DNA from: an uncultured Nitrospinota bacterium
GTDB lineage: Bacteria > Tectomicrobia > Entotheonellia > J063 > CAVPRW01
Length of the DNA: 64,000 nt
Direction: 5' to 3'
Assembly: GCA_963707985.1 (NCBI GenBank)
Contig: CAVPRW010000009.1
Coordinates: forward strand, 32,001 to 96,000
Shown here: positions 56,875-64,000 of the stretch, piece by piece
Position numbering within the stretch: the first letter of the stretch is position 1
Layout: every line of letters starts with the position of its first letter
Position numbers and translations under genes: made by a program
The notes under the pieces: model-generated
What the model was told of the DNA's origin: nothing
What the model saw: only the letters and a program-made list of their open reading frames with translations
The model's database searches: none

Positions 56875-57395
56875 GGCTACCGCACCCTGCCCAAATGCCT
56901 CACGGCCATCATCCGTATTGCTAACTCCGCAAACGTATAGAGATCCAGGAGGCCCGCGAAATTATATTCTTGTGACACTCTCCTCGGAGGGCTTTGGCAT
57001 AATCACCATCTCCCGTGCCAATGACGATGGGATAGCGAACCTAGCGGCAGAGCGGCGGCGGGCGATCGCGATGGCTTCCGCCAAGGTCATGGCGGGCAGG
57101 ATGTTGGTCGGAGGCCCCAGCATCGGCACGTGGCCCCGCCGATCAGACCTGCATCCGAGATGGTGTGGTGGGGCGCGCGAAACGGCCGGGTCGTGACCAA
57201 CGCCGTGCGGTTACCGGTGAGGCCCGCGACGCTGTGGATGCGCATGGTCTCAATGGCCTCTGCGAAGGTCATCACCGGCAGGATGGTGGTGAGTCGGCGT
57301 GCCAGCATCGACTTGCCCGCCCCTGGAGGCCCAAGGAGGAGGACGTTGTGGGCAGAACGCCTGCATCACATTTCGCTTCACCAGTACCTCTCGGG
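56875..57395 (-). repeat. comM/YifB-derived repeat, copy 3, with an internal second partial copy (57055-57112)
   Basis: [40 protein letters not shown], then [12 protein letters not shown] again, then EESVTRI and the same tail as copy 2. Confidence 0.88.
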
Positions 57396-57455
57396 CTGCT
57401 GATGGCCCCGCTGCGGAACCTGCTTGTTAAGCTGCCTCACCAGTAAGGGGCCATA

Positions 57456-60453
57456 TCATGACCATTCGTCAAGTAACGCCTTCGCCTCCTGCAGGTCGGC
57501 GGTGTCAAAGCCCTCAGTGAACCAGCCGTAGATCGGTGCCAGCAACTGTCGAGGCTCGTCCCGCTTGCCCTGCTGTTGCCACAGCCGACTCAGGCTCATC
57601 GCCGCCCGCAGCTCCAGGGATTTGGCCTGCTGGCGGCGGGCAATGTCGAGGGCCTGGTGGAAGCAGGCTTCGGCCTCTGCATTAGGCTCCGCAGCGTACG
57701 CCACCAGTAACTCGCCTTTGAGCCGATACAGCTCCGCTTCGTAGAAACGTCCCCCGGTTTTCTCCGCTGCGGCGAGCGCCTCGGCCAGCACGTGCAGTCC
57801 CTTTTCGATCTGGCCTATCCCCCCATAGGCCTCAGCCAAGAGCGCCAGAAAGAGTGGCCGTCGCACCTCTCCCCCGATAGCCTGCAACGCCGCCAGACCC
57901 TGGCGCATCTGCTCAACGCCTGCCGTTTCCTGCCCCGACGCGAACAGCGCCCACCCGCGTAGGATCATCCCGCTCGCCAACAGTTCCGCAAACCCCTGCT
58001 CCGCCGCGAGCGCCATGAACGCCTCTTGGACGGCCTGCCTCTCCCGCCGGAACAGGTGGAGCAGGGCAACAGATTGAAGGGCACCAGCCAGGCCCGCGGG
58101 GTACACGAGCTCCCGGGCTAGGGTGAGTCCCTTGTCGCTTTCCTGGAGGGCCTGGCCTGGATAGCCCAGCGCCCACAGGGTCCAGGCCATGTAGGCCTGG
58201 CAGCACTCCCCAGGGTCATGCCCACCATATAGGAAGGCATGAGAGCGGTGCCGTTGAGGGTCGTAGAGGGCCATCCCCTGCGCCAGGTGTCCTCGGGCAG
58301 CGACCAATTCTCCGAGATAGAACAAGGTGGGCCACAGCGCGTGGTGGTATAGTGATGCGCCAGCAGCTCGGGTTGCGTCTCGACGATCTCAGGGAACCGA
58401 GATTCCAGCACCTGGGCAATGCGCTGGTGGTACTGTTGGCGGGTAGTCTTGAGTAGCGACTGATAGGCCGCGTCCTGAATCATGGCATGCTTGAAGAGGT
58501 AGGTGGCCTGCGGCGGCACACCCCGCTGGTACAGGAACTCCGCCTCCACCAACTGGTGCAGTCCCCGTTGCAAGGTGTCATCGTCCCACGGTCGAGATGG
58601 CCTGCACCAGCTCGTAGGCAAACTCGCGTCCCAGCGTCGCCCCGAGTTGCGCCAGGCCTTTCACCGTGGCCAGGCGGTCCAGCCGCGCCATCAGCGAGTC
58701 GTGTAGCGTGGTGGGAATCGCCAGCGGGGGCAGGGGCCCGGTCAGCTCATAGCGCTCCTCGCGCTCCTCGGAGCAGACCGGACTCCAGGACCATCTTGGT
58801 CAGCTCCTCCACAAACAGCGGCACACCATCGGTCTTGGCCACCACCTGCTCGACGACCTCCGCCGGCAGCGCCTTGCCATGCGCCACTCGGCCGGTCATC
58901 TCCGCGGCCTGGCGCCGCGGCAAGCGCGGCAGCGTCATCTGGGTGAGGTGCGAGCGCCCCATCCAGGGTGGGCTGAAAGTCGGGCCGACAGGTGAACAGC
59001 GCCAGGACGCGCGCGGTCGGACCTTGGTCGACCAGGAGACTGAGCAGCTCCAGCGTGGAGGGATCGACCCAGTGCAGGTCTTCCACGACGAAGAGCACCG
59101 GCTGCTGGGCGGCGATCGCGCAGCAGGATGGTCAGGAAGGCGTGCAGCGTGTGCTGCTTCTGCTGCTCGGACGACCACGGTCAGGGGGGCATAGTCGACG
59201 CCCAGCGGCAGCGAGAGCAGGGCGGCAAACAGCGGCACGACCTCCGCCAGCGGCAGGCCGTACTGCACCACGAACCCCTCCAGCTTGCGGCGCTTCTGAT
59301 CGGGGACTCCTCCCGCCCGAATTGCAGCACCACCCGTTCCAGGAGATCGATCATGGGGTATAACGCGGTGTTTTGGTGATAGGGCGAACACTGGCAGGGC
59401 GTCAGCCACACCTGGGGCTCGGCGGCCACCTGCCCCTCCAGCACCTGCACCAGGCGCGATTTGCCGATGCCGGCTTCACCGCTGAGCAGCACCACCTGCC
59501 CGAGGCCCTCCTTGACCTGCGCCCAGCGCTCCCTCAGCAGCCCCACCTCCTGCTCGCGCCCCACCAGGGGGGTCAGGCCGGTGCTGCCGGCTGCCTCCAT
59601 GCGGCTGCGGGCGGTGCTCTCCGACACCACCTGATAGACCTCCTGCGGCTGGGCGAAGCCTTTGAGCGGCGGGCTGCCTAACGACTCGCAGGTAAAGAAT
59701 CCCCCGAGAAGCTGAGAGGTCACGGCGCTGATCACCAGGGTGTTGGGTGCGGCGAGCCCTTGCAGACGGGCGGCCAGGTTGGGGGTTTCGCCGAGGGCCA
59801 ACTGTTCCTGCCGGTTGCCTCCGCCCACGTCACCGACCACGACCAGCCCGGTATGGATCCCCAGGCGCACGGCCAGCTGCACCCCGCGCTCCTGCCCCAG
59901 GCGGGTATTGAGTTGCGCCATCGCCTCCACCATCCCAAGCCCGGCCCGCCCGGCCCGCTGCGCGTCGTCTTCGTGCGCCTGGGGGTAGCCGAAGTACACG
60001 AGCAGGCCATCGCCGAGGTACTGGGCGATATGCCCCTCATAGCGGGCGATCACCTTGGCGCAGGTGTCTTGATAGGCCCGCACCACCTCGCGCCAGTCTT
60101 CGGGGTCGAGCTGGCTGGCCAGCACGGTCGAGTCCACCAGGTCGCAGAACAGCACGGTGAGCTGGCGGCGTTCGGCCTCTGGGGCTCGGGGTTCGGTGGG
60201 AGGGGTATCCAGCTCTATACGTTCGGGAGGACCTGTCGGCTGGCTCTGTGGTCGCCTCCGCAGCTCTGCCCCAGACCAGCACCCGGTCATCCTCATCGCG
60301 CGCCACGCGTTCGGCGAGGATGAGCTCGTCCTTCAGCGCGGCAAGCTCCTCATCGTTGAGCTGATACCGCAGCTTCAAGGCCCGATACGACACCCGCCCT
60401 TGTCGGTGGAGAAGTTCGCGGACCTGTGCCAAGAGGGCATCAAAGTCCATCAT
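57456..60453 (-). pseudogene. Class III cyclase-AAA(STAND)-TPR protein with multiple frameshifts and a probable internal deletion
   Basis: LTVLFCDLVDST, YLGDG, GETPNLAARLQ, GEAGIGKSRL, EDLHWVD, FKHA, TPRs ending [18 protein letters not shown]. Confidence 0.88.
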
Positions 60454-63400
60454 CGCCCTCCACGTGCACCAGCGCCGCTTCGGCCTGGGGCAGCCATAAC
60501 GTCATCTCCATAGCGTGGTACAGCGCGATAGCCGCAGACATCTCCGCATGGGCCTGCTGCCGCTGACCAGTCGTGGCGTAGAGGGTACCGAGGTCGCTGT
60601 GGCAGTGGGCCGCGAGCGGGCGCATGCCGAGCTCCTCAGCTAGGGCGAGGACCTGGCGGTAATGGGTGGCGGCCTCATCGATACTCGGGGGAGCGCGATG
60701 CGCGGCGATGTCGCCGAGGAGGCGCAGGGCATACGCCTGGTGGCCGCGTTCCTGGTGCGCGCGGGCGAGTGCCAGCGTCCGCTCGGCGAGGGCATGCGCC
60801 TCCTCCAGGCGGCCGGCCAGCAGCTGCGCCTCCCCCAGCGAGAGACCACAGAGCACCTGATGGCCCACCATGTCCGCTGCGATCGTCTGGTCGATCGCCC
60901 GCGTCAGCAGCGGCACCGCGTCGGCCACGCGCCCGCCCAGGGTATACGCTGCTCCCAACGCCGCAGCCATCCAGGGGAAATAGGCTGGAAGGTCCCCGTC
61001 CTGACAGAGCCCCGCCGCCTGTTCAAGTAAGGGCAGGGCTCTGGGGAGGTCGCCTTGGCGGAGAGTCAGCAGACCCATGCCCCATGAGGCGATCATGAGA
61101 CTCGCGGGGTGATTCATCGCCTCGGCCATCCGCACGCCTGCTTCCCCGTGGGTCCTGCCCTCCACGAAGGTGCCCAGCTCGGCGTGGCACGCCGCAAGCC
61201 ACGCTCTGGAGAGCACGACGGGCGGGATCACCTGACCAAAGCGCTCGTGCAGCCGCGCCCCGTCGAGGGCCGCGACGGTCTGCCCGAGACAGTCGATGGC
61301 CCGACGATAGTCGCCTTGGGCCTGGTAGGAGACCCCGAGGAGGTGACTCGACAGGGCCTGCAGGAGGATATCCCTGTTGGCCGTGGCGAGCCCCTGGGCG
61401 CGCTGGGCAGAGGCGATGGCCTGGTCATGCGCGCTCACATTGCGGAAATGGGCTGACAAAAAGAGCGAGACCTGTGCCAGCCGATGAGGGTCGTCGAGGC
61501 GCTCGGCGAGGGCCTCGGCTTCACGGAGAGCCCCCAGGATACGGCCAAAGTCGCCCAGCGTCAGGAGCGCCGAGCGCAGGGCTCGCCGCCGCTCGTGCAG
61601 CAGACTCCCGTACGCCACCTCGTGCGTCAGGGCATGCTTGAAGGTATAGTCCAGCTCGGGGAACAGGCGGGTCTCGTACAGGAACTCCGCCGCCTGGAGG
61701 TGCGCCAGGCCTCGGTGTAGCGCCTCTTCGGGCATGTCCGCAATGGCATGGAGCAGCGGCAAGGGCACCTCGGTGCCAATGACCGCGGCGGTCTGGAGCA
61801 AGCGCTTGTCCTCGGGCGGCAGGCGGTCGATGCGCGCGGCCAGGACGGCCTGGACCGTGGCCGGCACCTGAATCGTCGGCAGTGCCTGCACCAGGCGATA
61901 GGCCCCGGGCTCTCCCACCAGCACCCCGACCTCCACCAGGGTCCGCACGCTCTCCTCCAGAAAGAAGGGGTTGCCCTCGGTGCGAGCGATCAGCAGTGGC
62001 TTGAGCGGTGCCAGGTTGGGGTCCTCCCCCATGAGCGCCCCGAGCACCTCGTCCGCGCTCGCCGGCGGCAGCGGGTCGAGCCGCAGTTGCGTGTAGTAGG
62101 TCTTACTGCCCCAGCCGTGCCGGTACTCGGGGCGGTAGTTGACCAGCAGCAAGAGACGGGCCGTCGGCAGGCCTTCGACGAGGCGGTCGAGCAGCGCCTG
62201 GGTCTCGCTATCGATCCAGTGCAGGTCTTCGAAGATCAGCTGCAGAGGTTGCGCCTGGCTCTCGCGCAGCAGCACGCGCGTGAGCGCCTCCAGGGTGCGC
62301 CGGCGCCGCTGCGGCGGATCGAGCGCCTGCCATTGTGGGTCCTCGACCGGCACGTCGAGGAGCGCCAGGATCGCCGGCAGCGTCGACTCCAGGGTGCGAT
62401 CCAGCGTGAGGAGCTTGCCGGTCACCTTCTCGCGCCGCGTGCGCGCCTCGTCACGGGCCTCGATGCTGACATAGGCCTTGAGCAGGTCAATGACCGGGAG
62501 ATACGCGGTGGCCCTGCCGTAGGACACGGAGTGAGTCTCCAGGATCAACCAGCCGTGGGCGCGATGGGAGTGCATGAACTCCCAGAAGAGCCGGGACTTG
62601 CCCACGCCGGGCTCGCCGATCATCGCCACCACCTGGCCCTGACCGCCGCTGGCCCGCTCGAGCGCCGATCGGAGCTGGTCCAGTTCGTTGTCGCGTCCCA
62701 CAAAGCGGGTCAAGCCCCGTACCGCAGCCGCCTGGAGTCGTGTCCGTACCGCGCCGGCCCCTAGCACCTCATACACGTCCACCGGCACACTCAACCCCTT
62801 CACCGCTACCAGCCCCAGCGCGTTGACCTGCACATACCCTGCGACCAAGCGCAGCACGTCGCCAGTGATCAAGATCGAGCCCGGCATCGCCATCTGTTCC
62901 ATACGCGCGGCCAGGTGCGTGATTTGTCCGACGGCGGTATAGTCCATGTGCAGGTCGCTGCCAATCGACCGTACGACCACCTCGCCGGTATTCAACCCGA
63001 CCCGGATGTGGAGGGGTACGCCACGGGTCCGCTGGACCTCGCCGGCATACTGCTTGACCGACGCTTGCATGGCGAGCGCGGCATAGCAGGCCCGCACCGC
63101 GTGGTCCTCGTGCGCGATCGGCGCGCCGAACAGGGCCATGATGCCGTCGCCCATGACTTGGTTGACCGTGCCCTCGTAGCGGTGGACGGCGTCCATCATG
63201 CGTTCGAGCACCGGGTCGAGGAGCTGGCGCGCCTCCTCGGGATCGCGGTCGGCGAGTAGCTCCATGGAGCCTTTGAGATCGGCAAACAGCACGGTGACCC
63301 GCTTGCGCTCGCCTTCCAGGGCGGCGCGGCTGGCCAGGATTTTCTCGGTGAGGTGGGCGGGGGTGGAGGCGCGGGGTGCATGCCCCTGCACCGGCGCTGG

Positions 63401-63631
63401 GGCTGCGGGTGGCGGAGTCGAGGGTGGCGGAGTCGAGGGGGCGTCGCCGATCCACACCAGCACTTCCCCATCCTCGTCCACGGCGAGGCGCTGCCCTTTG
63501 ATGATCTCGGCCTTCAGGTCCTCTAGGGCGTCATCATCGAGCTGGAACTGCCGTCGGAGCGTGCGATAGGTGACGCGGCCTCGACGTTGGAGCATGCCTA
63601 GGGCGTGGTCAAGAATCTCCTCAAAGGTCAT
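60440..63631 (-). CDS. Class III cyclase-AAA(STAND)-TPR protein
   Basis: N-terminal helical domain, FADLKGS, MGDG, GEPGVGKSRL, EDLHWID, GNPFFLEE, FKHALT, TPRs; GGAGGG RBS. Confidence 0.92.
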   Translation of the reverse strand: MTFEEILDHALGMLQRRGRVTYRTLRRQFQLDDDALEDLKAEIIKGQRLAVDEDGEVLVWIGDAPSTPPPSTPPPAAPAPVQGHAPRASTPAHLTEKILASRAALEGERKRVTVLFADLKGSMELLADRDPEEARQLLDPVLERMMDAVHRYEGTVNQVMGDGIMALFGAPIAHEDHAVRACYAALAMQASVKQYAGEVQRTRGVPLHIRVGLNTGEVVVRSIGSDLHMDYTAVGQITHLAARMEQMAMPGSILITGDVLRLVAGYVQVNALGLVAVKGLSVPVDVYEVLGAGAVRTRLQAAAVRGLTRFVGRDNELDQLRSALERASGGQGQVVAMIGEPGVGKSRLFWEFMHSHRAHGWLILETHSVSYGRATAYLPVIDLLKAYVSIEARDEARTRREKVTGKLLTLDRTLESTLPAILALLDVPVEDPQWQALDPPQRRRRTLEALTRVLLRESQAQPLQLIFEDLHWIDSETQALLDRLVEGLPTARLLLLVNYRPEYRHGWGSKTYYTQLRLDPLPPASADEVLGALMGEDPNLAPLKPLLIARTEGNPFFLEESVRTLVEVGVLVGEPGAYRLVQALPTIQVPATVQAVLAARIDRLPPEDKRLLQTAAVIGTEVPLPLLHAIADMPEEALHRGLAHLQAAEFLYETRLFPELDYTFKHALTHEVAYGSLLHERRRALRSALLTLGDFGRILGALREAEALAERLDDPHRLAQVSLFLSAHFRNVSAHDQAIASAQRAQGLATANRDILLQALSSHLLGVSYQAQGDYRRAIDCLGQTVAALDGARLHERFGQVIPPVVLSRAWLAACHAELGTFVEGRTHGEAGVRMAEAMNHPASLMIASWGMGLLTLRQGDLPRALPLLEQAAGLCQDGDLPAYFPWMAAALGAAYTLGGRVADAVPLLTRAIDQTIAADMVGHQVLCGLSLGEAQLLAGRLEEAHALAERTLALARAHQERGHQAYALRLLGDIAAHRAPPSIDEAATHYRQVLALAEELGMRPLAAHCHSDLGTLYATTGQRQQAHAEMSAAIALYHAMEMTLWLPQAEAALVHVEGDDGL
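63407..63436. repeat. 15-bp tandem duplication in a Pro-rich linker (STPPP x2)
   Basis: gggtggcggagtcga twice, in frame. Confidence 0.8.
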
Positions 63632-64000
63632 GGCCGACCCTCCACCGCGCTGGCGCGTGCGCCAGCGGATGGCAAGCGCCTCATCAGCATCGCCTCACAT
63701 GGTCAGAGCACCGCGAGTATACCAGGAGCACGCGCGGGTGGAAGAACAAATTCACCGGGCTGCGCTCATCCGGTCAGGAGACCTGTCGAGCAGAAGGCCT
63801 CGGGCACCTGCTTGCGCTCTCCCCTACACGATGCCCTCGTGTCTATCGTCTGGCATGAGCCCTCTCCAAGGTGATGCCGACATGCCGCCCCTCCTCGCGG
63901 TCGAGCACCCTGGGTAGAGCAGACACAGCTCCTCGCGATGCGCATCCATTTGTAAAAAATGTCCCCTGCATGATGATGTACTGGCTCGGGATAGCAAGCA

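Overview
GC-rich bacterial window. The gene content (luciferase-like monooxygenase, amidohydrolase, NHL protein, many cyclase-AAA-TPR paralogues) suggests a large-genome organism such as Candidatus Tectomicrobia/Entotheonella relatives; this is an inference. Layout: (1) 0-4.8 kb catabolic cluster. (2) 5-13 kb graveyard of IS6, Tn3, ISKra4, IS4-like and integrase-core fragments around a phage-like relic (XRE regulator, HNH tail, sigma-like gene behind a terminator-ending structured leader). (3) 13.4-42.5 kb mostly ordinary genes (amidase, SDR, nadX, GMC oxidase, GNAT, hydrolases, DUF883 operon, IlvD/Edd dehydratase, two AI-2E, broken TonB receptor, ddl-hydrolase-murF, MFS, RNase II, rluB, pgsA-like, rsmA, Uma2). 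(4) 43-64 kb accessory region (beta-lactamase-like protein, CocE hydrolase, two PAP2/vanadium-haloperoxidase-fold genes, IstB fragment, tandem class III cyclase-STAND-TPR genes). Most notable: a dispersed ~450-500 bp element built around an internal comM/YifB fragment with conserved non-comM flanks (three copies plus a partial one); a frameshift-hidden RAPP arrest-peptide leader upstream of the TonB receptor; an expanded, shuffled cyclase-STAND-TPR family with non-canonical cyclase residues; and a promoter-driven rod-like RNA upstream of pgsA. Many otherwise intact genes carry single frameshifts, probably assembly indels. No rRNA, tRNA or CRISPR array was seen. All family calls come from motif recognition by eye, not database searches.
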